From Octopus bimaculoides (lineage: Eukaryota), in NCBI RefSeq assembly GCF_001194135.2, contig NC_068994.1, positions 9,561,359 to 9,625,358 of the forward strand: DNA of 64,000 nucleotides, given 5' to 3'. Positions 52,702 to 63,947 of the stretch are shown here, piece by piece; the first letter of the stretch is position 1; each line of letters starts with the position of its first letter. Position numbers and translations under genes: made by a program. The notes under the pieces are model-generated. The model did no database searches. It was not told where the DNA came from and was given only the letters and a program-made list of their open reading frames with translations.

Positions 52702-53805
52702 CCATCTTCACTCATTGTAATTCCTTTTATCTCAGGTTTTGTTGTAGCCCCTGGAGTGCAGCGGGCTTTCTCTCTGCAGCTTAGAGTATCACGATGTATG
52801 TTCTCTTCAACTTTTCTTTCCCCTGATTATTCTGACCGTTCCAAGCAGGCAAACCCCTTGCAACAGTTTTATTGGGCACTGTTCCGATTTTATATTCCTC
52901 TTGATACCTACTGATATTGTCTCCTAGGAACCAACAATAATTGGCACTATCTTTACCATCTTCATTTTCCATAGCCGAGCTATTTCGTTCTTACGAGGTT
53001 TGTATTTATCTATTATTTCGCCTTCCTTGAATATTCGTGGGTCAAAGATGTACGCAACATCAACTATATAGCATATGTGGAGCATCTTCTCCTCCAACAC
53101 TAGGTCCAATCTATTATGCTCTAGCATCTGGCCTACTTGGGCTCCACCACTGTCTGCGGTTTGTGCTCGTACTGCGTCATGCCTCTCTCTAGAGGCTACT
53201 TCTCGCACAGTATCCAAAGTAGCGCTCTCGCTACCGCATCGTGTCGCCACAACTTGTAACGGTTTTGGGCAATTCTAGAGCATTTGTTTGCGATATGACC
53301 AATGGTTACGTCCACTCTATTACAGAATCGGCACAGAGGGGTCACTTGCTCATTCCTAAGGTTGCCTCTTCAATTCGTGGCCAAAGCTTGGATTTGCGTT
53401 GCCAGTATAGCGCTCTCGGTCTCTTTTTTCAGTGTCCCTTTCTTCAACCAATCCTACCCGTGTTTTCCAAGGACTTCAGGTGTGGCTATAAGGGATTTAT
53501 CGTGTAGTCCCTTGTTGCGTAATACTTCTTCATGTCCTTTTTGTATTTCTTCCGTTGTTTTTCCCTTTTCCCTGCTTTCATTAATCCCTCATTCTAACTG
53601 ACATTACCAAGGTTTCCTTACTTTCGGATAAGTATTTCATTAAACGCCCGAGTTCGATACGCAAGCAGTCTTCCACACATATCAGCCCTCTCCCTCAATG
53701 TGTTCTCTTCATGTATAGGCGATCAGTGTCTGCAAGTAAACGATGTGTTCCATGTATCGTTAGGAGCTTTCTTGTCTTCTCGTCCAAATCTTTTATCTCC
53801 TAAGC
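52690..53805 (-). mobile_element. Longest R4/Dong-type LINE relic: RT thumb, CCHC zinc knuckle and RLE domain, with frameshifts and stops
   Basis: Pieces read on the minus strand: LDEKTRKLLTIHGT..ADTDRLYMKR..GRGLICVEDC; WLKKGTLKKETESAILATQIQALATN; CRFC...IGHIANKC...RHDAVARAL; YIVDVAYIFDPRI..EIARLWKMKMVKIVPIIVG. Ends in a (TAC)n tail. Confidence 0.88.
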
Positions 53806-54294
53806 TATGTGCCTATAGTAGTAAGGATTATTATTATTATTGCCTTTAATATTGCAGTCATTCGATAGTACCTTTAAAAATAATTATTTCCCTATCGTTT
53901 GTTTGTTTACCTGGTCTTAATCTCCTTCGTCACCATCGATAGTCCTATCCTAATTTATTTATTCAATTCATTTAGTCAATCAATTATCTATTTATTCATT
54001 CATCTTGCTGTATCAAGATTTATTTTTTAAAATCCCTCTCGTTTTCTCTTTTTTCCCTGACTTATTTCTTGTTTTTAACTTTTTTCACTCATTTCCATTT
54101 CTTATAGCTTTTTTTCCCCATTTCCGATAAATTATATAATTTTATAATCTTTCACTACCTTCAACATTTTTTATGTTTTTCAACAGTTTTTAAAATAATG
54201 TTTTTCAATCATATTTATATATAAATAGTTCTACTAAATTTGTCGTTATTTTTTTCAAACATCTTCTATTATTTGTATCGGTGCCCGATTAAGA

Positions 54295-54372
54295 AGCTCA
54301 CTCTATAACCACGATGTTTCGAGTTCAGTTTCGCCGCACGGCAATTGTGAGCATGTGCCTTCTATTATAACC
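54295..54372 (+). mobile_element. SINE family A head, degenerate
   Basis: aaccacgatgtttcgagttcagtttcgccgcacggcaattgtgagcatgtgccttctattataacc. Confidence 0.45.
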
Positions 54373-57019
54373 GACTAAGCATTACTCATTTCGATGGTGA
54401 AATACCGAATACCGGCCCATAATATCTTGCTAAATAAGTTACTGAGAATCAAGCATTGTATACACACGACCCAACCTGCACCGAACAACAACAATCCTGC
54501 AACAATCGCCAGATATTAAAATTCATTTCATGCAATAACTTCGTTTAAATATAAATAAACCTTAGCGTTCGTTGAATTATACAATTTTGTCTGTTTATTT
54601 TTTCTCTTCCGTAAGATTAGAATGTTTTAAACGTCAAATATTATTGACAATAGGCATTCGAGAATAAAATATAAAATAAAAACCGAGAGAAAATAAAATA
54701 CGTAAATAATCGCAATCATATAAAATAAAGTTTATATAGTCTTTGTATAACAGAACCAACTCGAACTACTTAAACAAAAGGTTAGAAAGGAATACGTTTT
54801 TTTAAATTTTTTATCACGCATTGCCTAATGCATAAAACAGCATAATGTTAAAAATAAATTACCAAGTGTCAATAATGTATTTTCTTATAATAGATTACAC
54901 GTATATTATTATCATATGGGAGTTAAGGGAGTTAGCAAATTTAGATAAGAAAACAGGTATGACAATATTATTACCTGCATTTGGAATTCAAAAGCCTGAA
55001 CGGGGTTTTCATCCTTATCATCATCTCTATTTAACGATGTGTGTGTGTGTGTTTGTGTGTGTGTATGTGTGTGTATGTGTGCGTGTGTGCTTGTGGGTGT
55101 GAATTGTGATAACATTGAATGGGTCTTTCGGATACTGAATCCTAGATTCGTATACACATAAATATATATATATATATATATANNNNNNNNNNNNNNNNNN
55201 NNNNNNNNNNNNNNNNNNNNNNNNNNNNNNNNNNNNNNNNNNNNNNNNNNNNNNNNNNNNNNNNNNNNNNNNNNNNNNNNNNNNNNNNNNNNNNNNNNNN
55301 NNNNNNNNNNNNNNNNNNNNNNNNNNNNNNNNNNNNNNNNNNNNNNNNNNNNNNNNNNNNNNNNNNNNNNNNNNNNNNNNNNNNNNNNNNNNNNNNNNNN
55401 NNNNNNNNNNNNNNNNNNNNNNNNNNNNNNNNNNNNNNNNNNNNNNNNNNNNNNNNNNNNNNNNNNNNNNNNNNNNNNNNNNNNNNNNNNNNNNNNNNNN
55501 NNNNNNNNNNNNNNNNNNNNNNNNNNNNNNNNNNNNNNNNNNNNNNNNNNNNNNNNNNNNNNNNNNNNNNNNNNNNNNNNNNNNNNNNNNNNNNNNNNNN
55601 NNNNNNNNNNNNNNNNNNNNNNNNNNNNNNNNNNNNNNNNNNNNNNNNNNNNNNNNNNNNNNNNNNNNNNNNNNNNNNNNNNNNNNNNNNNNNNNNNNNN
55701 NNNNNNNNNNNNNNNNNNNNNNNNNNNNNNNNNNNNNNNNNNNNNNNNNNNNNNNNNNNNNNNNNNNNNNNNNNNNNNNNNNNNNNNNNNNNNNNNNNNN
55801 NNNNNNNNNNNNNNNNNNNNNNNNNNNNNNTATATATATATATATATATATATATATTCGCTTTGTGCGTTCGAAACATTCGAAAAAGCATAGTTATATT
55901 TCTCAGAGTCACAGCTTAATTGCTATTGAAATGAAAATAAATATATATTTGGGAGTGTAGTACTAGTTGTAACATCTCTCGAAATACTAACAAGGGCAGA
56001 ACAAATGATTTGGTCACACTTCAAGCTATTTTGACTGGTGATAGTCATGTGTGTTAACCAACAACGGTTTTCTGCCTTATCTTCTAAGTATACGATTTCA
56101 TTGTATGCTATTAGTTGGTGTATTTAGTTGTAAATGAGTAATAACGGAAAACTCTCTTAAATTTGATACTTATTCCGCGTAATAGAAATTATGAACAATC
56201 ATGGCAGAAGGCTATACGCTGAACTGCAAAGCCAGCATATATGACGATCGTAAAAGACCGATAAAGTAAACTTACACGTATATACAAACGCAGGAACACA
56301 TGTTCCTGTATACACGTATATGACGTATTTTATGTGGGTGAGCATGCATGTGTTTGCGCGTGTATATTAGCATGTGTGCGTGTATGACAGTATTAAATAT
56401 CCCTGTATATGTGTGTTGGAAATGTAGTATTCCTTACAAATCAAAATCTATTCTTATCCAATAAAGTAAGCAAGCACATGAAATTCATGACTATCTTGAG
56501 AGTATTAATATACTCAGGAATATACATTACACTGCTAAATATTTCCAACGCACTCCATAACTATTCAGCTCATTCTTAATCAATCCTAACTCGTGGAGGT
56601 TTTTTTTTTTAATGACAGACGAATACGAAGTCGCTCACGTTGAAATTACTTCACTAATTAGGTTTGTATGATTAATTTTAAAATGCAACAAACGATTTAA
56701 TTGTGGTGTGTCCATTATCTGCAATGGAATAAAATACAGACTATTTTTGCCGATAAAACATGCTTCAAAAGCAGAAATTCACCCAGGACCTACATTTGCT
56801 GAAACCTTATGTTAGACTTACTAATTGCTATGGTCGTCGGACAGAGCAAACGTAAACTAAATATTTTTAGAAGCAATCGATTCAATGATTAGTTGTTGGA
56901 GTTAGCTAGTAACCATATACAATATAATAGTCTATAGCAAGAGATATATGTTATAGGGAATACTATTATGAAATGTAATTTCTTTTGAATTCCCTACTTT
57001 TTCTGTAAAACTGTTGCAC

Positions 57020-57432
57020 TTGGAGTGGCTGTGTGGTAAGTAGCTTGCTTACGAACCACATGCTTCTGGGTTCAGTCCCACTGCGTGGCACCTTGGGTAA
57101 GTGTCTTCTACTATAGCCTCGGGCCGATCAAAGCCTTGTGAGGGGATTCGGTAGATGGAAACTAAAAGAAAGCCGTCGTATATATGTATATATATATATA
57201 TGTTTGTATGTGTTTGTGTGTCTGTGGTTGTCCCCTCAACATCGATTGACAACCGATGCTGTTCTGTTTACGTGCCCGTAACTTAGTGGTTCGGCAAAAG
57301 AGACTGATAGAATAAGTACTAGGTTTACAAAGAATAAGTCCTAGGGTCGATTTGCTCGACTAAAGGCGGTACTCCAGCATGGCCGCAATCAAATGACTGA
57401 AACAAGTAAAAGAGTAAAAGCGTAAAAAAGTA
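57020..57432 (+). mobile_element. SINE family A, full length
   Basis: ggagtggctgtgtggtaagtagcttgc... through aaatgactgaaacaagtaaaagagtaaaag. Confidence 0.9.
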
Positions 57433-58180
57433 AACATTTCTTCGGGTTTAATTTTCACCCACTTATTCATTCCACTATTACATGCATGCATGCACACATA
57501 CATACATTCACAAATATATATATGTATGTATGTGTGTGTATAAAATTACGTATTATGTATCATTGTCATATGCGTAATCAACCCCCCCCCCCCCNNNNNN
57601 NNNNNNNNNNNNNNNNNNNNNNNNNNNNNNNNNNNNNNNNNNNNNNNNNNNNNNNNNNNNNNNCCCCCGCCAACTCTTTCCTATTGCAAGATTTGAAAAA
57701 AAAGTACGGATGGATGGATATATAAAAGTACGGTGGGAAAATTGATCCTAAAGCTATGCGATTATGTCTAGTCATTCGTAAGAAAGAATAAATATATCTG
57801 GTATTTTCCTATTGGCGGATTTAAATAAAATCTCCTCCCCTCAAATTTGCTTAAATTTATGGCTAAGAAAAACGTAGGGGAGAAATAACTACAAAATGGT
57901 TTAGCTGTAGGGGATTTGAATTCCTTTATATTTCTTGCAAAATTTCTTTTGAATAGATTCTCCAACGAAATATTTTTATCGTTATTTCTTTACTATTGTT
58001 GAAATTTGTGTTGATGTATTTCGCTTTAACAATACTTTTAATTTGTTTTTTTTTCTTTTGAATATACGATTTTTTTTCCAGATTATTAAATTTTTTTTTT
58101 TTAAATCAATGAAGCCGATATTATTGTACTAAATACAGTTATTAGATGCAAGTTGTCTTTGTTGTGCAAGAGTGGTTATC

Positions 58181-58340
58181 GTTGGCACTCCGTCACTTAC
58201 GACGACGCGGGTTCCAGTTGATCCGATCAACGGAACAGCCTGCTCGTGAAATTAACGTGCAAGTGGCTGAGCACTCCATAGACACGTATACCCTTAACGT
58301 AGCTCTCGGGGATATTCAGCGTCACACAGAGTGTGATAAG
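58181..58340 (-). mobile_element. SINE family B-type 3' tail
   Basis: gttggcactccgtcacttacgacgacgcgggttccagttgatccgatcaacggaacagcc...cagcgtcacacagagtgtga. Confidence 0.88.
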
Positions 58341-58384
58341 TACTGTTTGTCCTTGTAGATATGCTTTATAATGTGCATATCTAC

Positions 58385-58990
58385 TCTTCCTTTGTATCGA
58401 GGACTTTCGAAATGATAATTCTTGCTGAATAAAATAAATAGTGCTTGTATACAGCACGCCCATTCACATTACGATCGAGCTTTCCTAGCATTGCTCTGAA
58501 ATTCTTCGTCGCAGTTACTAAGTTCCACCGATCTTGATTTTGCGTTGTTAAAGCATTGAGGATTTTCCTCTAATTTAAGATGGAAGGAACACGTTACAAA
58601 AAAATTACAAAATAAAATTTATTCTTCCAGTTAACGGCTACAGAATCCAGCTTGTTGTGCTGTATTTTCATTCCTGTTGTGCATTGGAAAATCCCATAAT
58701 AACCACTCTTTTTCATTTGTGAGTACTTCAATTGCTCTCCCAACTATACGGTAATTGGGGAATGTGAGCGAGTTCCTTTCATAAACTCATTTTCTAATCT
58801 GTACTGCTAATCTGTCCCCCCTGATACTTAAATGTACTATCTAGTAGCACGTTAAACTTGCTACTGGTATCTTAATATTTTTGAAATCTTAAACAATTCT
58901 AGCCCACATTTTATCCACGTATGAAGCACTAGAACGTATGCTTTTCCATATCACTTTAAAAAAAATATCTTTCACTTTCTCTCTCCAAGT
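58385..58990 (-). mobile_element. Old R4/Dong-type LINE relic
   Basis: RAIEVLTNEKEWLLWDFPMH, similar to VLENE...LWDFP; KNFRAMLGKLDRNV...SARII..KVL, similar to the C-terminal motif. Confidence 0.55.
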
Positions 58991-59364
58991 CCTCGAGACA
59001 ATATTGTCGGTCATTTACTGGTGTTTTTCTTTATGTGGTATCGACACGTTTTTTATTCTTTTTATCAAACATTAGATGTTTCTCACGACTCATATTCAGA
59101 ACTCAGGAAAATTCAGGTAGCATTTCTTTTTAATTTCTGTGCAACACCGAGCAATTTTTTTTTCTAAAGCAGTGCTATATTCTCCATTCGAAATACACGC
59201 ATATAGCATTATCAGTAGAAATTCATTAATTTGGTAATTACTTCTAGCCAGTAAGTGTGTACAAAGTGTACATGTACAAAACATTTCTATTCTATATTTT
59301 CAGAGTAAATTTTCTCTTTATTTTCCCCGTATTTTATTATTATTATCCTTTCTAGAATATTGAC

Positions 59365-59433
59365 GCCGAATGGATGAAGCGTAAATTCGAACTCGGCGGA
59401 ATTTGAACTCGGAATGATTCTGCGAGCTCGCCA
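59365..59433 (-). mobile_element. SINE family D fragment, internally deleted, head-to-head with the next copy
   Basis: gaatggatgaag...gaactcggcggaatttgaactcgg...gattctgcgagctcgcc. Confidence 0.7.
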
Positions 59434-59466
59434 CATTACTGTATATTATTATTATGCTAGGTTTTA

Positions 59467-59665
59467 AGGCAGCGACCTAGCTGAATCGTTAGCGCGCCCG
59501 GCGAAATGAGCAGTGGCATTACGCCACTTTCTGAGTTCAAATTTCGCCGAGGTCCATTCTGCTTTTTATCCATTCGCGGTTGATAAAATAAGTGTTGAGT
59601 ACTGAGGACGATGTAATCGACTTATCCCCTCCCGCGAAACTGCTGGCCTTGTGTCAAAATTTAAA
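59467..59665 (+). mobile_element. SINE family D
   Basis: aggcagcgacctagctgaatcgttagcg...tctgagttcaaatttcgccgaggtc...gataaaataag...gatgtaatcgacttatccc...gccttgtgtcaaaattt. Confidence 0.82.
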
Positions 59666-60389
59666 TCCATCAATATGCTAGGCATTTTCTAACAATTTTC
59701 TCAGCCAAATAATTTAATTCCTTCAGCTTTCAGTGTTGGATTTCTCTTTTGCAGATTTTCGACAGGTATATGAATGAGATAAAACTTTATGATCTGGTTA
59801 AAAAATGAAAAAAATCGTGGTTATATTAGCTATTTCCTTCTCCCTAGCTTCTAATTTTCGCAATTGGTGCCTCTATTCTTTGATTTGCCTCTTTCGTCGT
59901 TATTTTAATATTCTTTCCTTGTACTTAACATACTTTCAAACTAATACAAGATTTTCCGAAACATTTGACGTGTATGCCAATAGAACTTCATAATAACAGA
60001 CTAAAACACCCGTAAATACAATGAAAGAATATGACTTCAATGAATTATTCAGCATAGACAGTTACCCAGCAACCTTTTGTATGCGAATGAGAATTATTTT
60101 GCCTAATCACGGAAATATTTCAGTACACCAGCAACATCATTAGTCAAAGGTAAAAACTAACTGTAATTGGCGAAATTAATTGTCGTGTCTGGTGCATAAT
60201 GGGGATATGTGTAGTTGCATTAACTTAGTTGCATTAACTGTAAAGCAGTGCATCTGAAGAACAAAGGTATTACTGCGTATTTTCTCATAGTAGTATAACA
60301 TTTCATTTGGAGACAATAATATACATACATACGTATATATNNNNNNNNNNNNNNNNNNNNNNNNNNNNNNNNNNNNNNNNNNNNNNNNN

Positions 60390-60528
60390 GTGTTCCTTTC
60401 TGTGGAGGAGCGTAGGCTCGAAATGTTAAAGACTTTTTCACTTCCCAAGAGTTGTGCTAATACATCTGTTTGTTGTCTGCAGCACCTGTCTTCGTCTTTA
60501 GTTTTTTGTTTTTTTTTGTGTGAATTCC

Positions 60529-60530
<2 letters not shown>
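60390..60530 (+). mobile_element. Probable Penelope-like element terminus with a hammerhead-like motif; left end lies in a gap
   Basis: CTTT-CTGTGGA-g-GAGC-gtag-GCTC-GAAAT-GTT-AAAG, then a T-rich tail ending in (TA)n. Confidence 0.55.
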
Positions 60531-60574
<44 letters not shown>

Positions 60575-61028
60575 TTTTACCATTCTATTGCAGTCATTTC
60601 ACTGCAGTCACGTTGGAGTACTGTCACGATGATGATGATGACGAAGAAGTATTCGTTTGATCCACAATTCTAATGATAGATATCAAGACAAGTAGCAGGA
60701 ATGAGCGATTATAAGGGTTTCGGTATTGGTTGACATTAGACAGCCTGGTGTAAAGAACATTGGTTTTAGATAGGATTAACGAGTGGTTTGTTTGAAAAGG
60801 GCTCTGAATTTGTGCTGGTCAGAAATCGATAGTAATAAATTTTGATGAGGATGTAACAGGATATAGCAGTCTTTGCAAATCATTAAAGACACGGGATAAG
60901 AGAGGCACATTCATGTATACGCACGAAATCACATTTATACACATGTTTATACGCACGCACACACTCATTGATACACAGAAACACACAGGCACACACATCA
61001 ATATATGTTTAGTTACATACAGAGATAC

Positions 61029-61069
<41 letters not shown>

Positions 61070-61705
61070 GCATGCGTGCATGCATACATATATAATCATA
61101 CATGCATAGTAATACATTCGTGAGGAATTGAAGATTTGCGGTTGTTTTCTTGGTTTCCACTAATGAATGGAGAAAGGAAGATATCCTTCGTCATGAACTC
61201 TTATTTCCATATTCCCTTAAATCTCATCTAAAGACACTGGTATATTTGGCGTCAGATTAAATTAAGCTTCCGCCCAATGCTGCACTCAAGAACATCATTC
61301 ATTCCTCCAAAAGTTTTCCATTTCGGTTTACTTTCCGGGATGTAAACGACGCATGCTTTTGCTGAATGTGCCGTTCCAAGGGAACCAATTCATTCATCGT
61401 TGTTGTGAAGAAAACCTTTATAAGTCTATAGCTTTCTTTGTACATAAAACGTACTTATTACAAATGATAATATTAACCTATTCTAAAAAATAAGGATTTT
61501 AATATTAATATCAACTATATTTTATCTTCTGTGTGTATGCTTGTATGCTTTATAGTATTTAAATCAATGCATCTTCTCACATAAGACTGAAATCATGGCA
61601 GAGACCATGCAAAATCGGTAGGCTATCGAAAAGTAATTCCTTGCGATGTTTCTTCACTATAAACCAACTTCTATGTATATCGTATTGACTAAAACTACCC
61701 TTTGT

Positions 61706-62030
61706 GAAGGCGCGTAGCTTAGTGGTTAGGGTATTCGGCTCACGATTGTACGGTTGTGAGTTCAATTCCCGGCGACACGTTGTGTCCTTCAGCAAGACAC
61801 TTTATTTCAAGTTGCTCCAGTCCAATCATCTGGCAAAAATGAGTAGTACCTGTAATTCGAAAGGGCCAGCCTTGTCACACTCCGTGTCAAGCTGAATCTC
61901 CCTGGGAACTACGTTACACATACACGTGTCTGTGGAGTGCTCAGTCACTTGCACGTTAATTTCACGAACAAGCTGTTTCGTTGATCGGATCAGCTGGGAT
62001 CCTCGTCGTCGTAACCGATGGAGTTCTACC
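61706..62030 (+). mobile_element. Hybrid SINE: C-type head/core joined to a family B tail
   Basis: aaggcgcgtagcttagtggttaggg...gttcaattccc...gttgtgtccttcagcaagacactttatttcaagttgctccag, then aaagggccagccttgtcacac...gcacgttaatttcacg...cgtcgtcgtaaccgatggag (B tail). Confidence 0.85.
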
Positions 62031-62075
62031 CTTTAAACATTTACCCTTGTACCACAGTCAGTAATCGATCTTAGA

Positions 62076-62270
62076 AGGCCGTGAGCTGGCAGATTCGTTA
62101 GGACTTGGGGAAAACTCGTTGCCTTATATCTTTCGACTTTTAAAGTTGAGTTCAAATCTCATCATGGTCAAGTTTACCTTTCATCCTTTCCGGACTGAAA
62201 TAAAATAATAGTCAAGTTTTGGGCTCAATTGTATCGACATTACCCTCTCCCTTGAAAAGTCCTGAGTTTG
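62076..62270 (+). mobile_element. SINE family D, diverged
   Basis: aggccgtgagctggcagattcgttag...gagttcaaatc...cctttcatcctttc...tgtatcgacattaccc. Confidence 0.7.
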
Positions 62271-62473
62271 AATCTGAATTAAAATTCAGAATTCTATCCA
62301 TATTGTGACACAAAACAAAGATGTATACAAAATTATGTTGCAGAGGAATATATTTCTCAAGAAGAAATTCTGGGATGTTTGTGACAATATCAGTTCCACA
62401 ATATGGACTTGAGAAATTATCGAAGTGTCATAATTCTATCAGCTGAAAATGTTGACTCATTACGTATTTTTAG

Positions 62474-62508
62474 CCTGATGGCATCGAAATCTCTTAAAGG
62501 GGCTTCTG
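62474..62508 (+). CDS. Candidate 35-nt exon, (L)LMASKSLKGAS
   Basis: tatttttag| acceptor and CTG|GTAAGG donor; phase 2 to phase 1. Confidence 0.25.
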
Positions 62509-63359
62509 GTAAGGATTTCACTTTCCTATACTTCGTTTTCCACCTAAACCAACTACTGCAACGTGGATGGACTTGTTCATCGATGATTTATTAGACGTAT
62601 TTCACTAAGATATATCGGCTGTGTTCCGGTGCGTGATTTTTCATAATGTAACGAGTTGATGTAATGTATGAAATCCCATGGTTGTTTGGCTGTTACTCTA
62701 TTTCGATTGAACATTGGATCTGTATGTTCCCATAAATCCCAGATATGTCAACCAAAAATCTCATCCTTTGTATTAGAAATTTATTTCACTTTAATGATTC
62801 ATATATTATTGCTTCGTGGCTTTTTTCCTGGGATCAAAGATCGGAAGCGTTAATGTTTTTTTCATATTGCTTTTATGTTCTTACAACATGTCATTTTGCT
62901 AACGTTTTTCCACTGCTTTACTCTGTATTTTTGGTTGCAAAATGTTGTGAGCAAAAATGCAGTTATATTTATTTGATATCATGAGATTTAACACTGGGCA
63001 CCATTCGAGGATTTGTCAGAGAAAACGTTTAATAAATTATGAAGTTTAGATTGAAAAATATTGAAGGTGTCTCAGGACAATCACGATTAAAATATATCGT
63101 TTTATTTTTCTTTCATCATTTTAGCTAAGAAGAATGCAATATTTCTAATCCATTACAAAGCGGTTACAGTTGTGGAGGCAAAAGATTGGGATTAGCCTAA
63201 AATTGGCAGCATGTGTCAAATGCTTACAATAGAGTGGATGTCACCAGAAGAACTGTCACATGCCAGCCTGTGGTGTTAAAACTACCGACGGATAGCCTAT
63301 CACCTATGTAGTGAAACATGATGAAAATCAGAACACGAGAAGATGGAATAAAACATATG

Positions 63360-63445
63360 AAAGAATGAGAGTTGACCTCGGTGGAAATTAAATTCAGAGC
63401 GGAGTGGGTTTGACCAATTGAGCAAGGAATTTGTTTCGACGTTCA
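63360..63445 (-). mobile_element. SINE family D fragment
   Basis: gttgacctcggtggaaattaaattcagagcg. Confidence 0.45.
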
Positions 63446-63947
63446 GTTAATCCAGTACGTCGATTGGTATACATTTCCACCATACAAGGTTTTCAGCGAA
63501 AATGATTTCAGAGAATCGGAACAAATACCATAATTTATTCCGTCTTACGATCTAATGTCTCTGCTAGTATGCCCCCTTCCACTCATTTACGCTTCTATTA
63601 AATATGCTAGCCTAGAAGAGTATAGTTAATATTAGTTCATCAAGACTATGGTATAAAATATATAAAATGCACATTCAATTACTACAGCCAAACAACTTTG
63701 TGAGAGGAAGTGGTAGAGTTTTTTTCCCTTTATGTGGCAATTAATGTTCTCGAAATTCTTCCATATCGTAGTGATTCATGGCTTTCTGTACCCCTAGCTT
63801 ACGCTTCCACTTTTGGTTCCCTTTTTTTTTGAAATTTGAAAGTTTTACTTCTCTTCAGGCGGATGATGATGGAGTATAATGTAGAAAAAACATGAACAAA
63901 TTTATCTGACAACCAGAGATGAAACCTTACTTTTCATCTTGTTTCAG

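Larger units (their letters stand above)
8268..60389. other. 17 assembly gaps (N-runs): ~8268-9202, 15948-16083, 17401-18090, 20846-21007, 21776-22355, 31776-32548, 33479-34026, 37015-37086, 38572-38607, 42689-43295, 43895-44638, 45515-45807, 46729-46936, 51088-51874, 55183-55830, 57595-57663, 60341-60389
   Basis: N-runs read directly. Most are flanked by (TA)n, (CA)n or (GA)n; the 57.6 kb gap is flanked by poly-C. Confidence 0.95.

Noticed and set aside
7984-55912. All long ORFs containing X runs (e.g. 8040-9404, 17283-18248, 31632-32564, 42320-43348, 51012-51938)
   Set aside because: They stay open only because N-runs and TA/CA repeats contain no stop codons.
56291-56308. Palindrome CAGGAACA-CA-TGTTCCTG (also CGTGTTAC-TGTT-GTAACACG at 29655-29674)
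   Set aside because: Isolated 8-bp stems are expected by chance in 64 kb; no supporting context.
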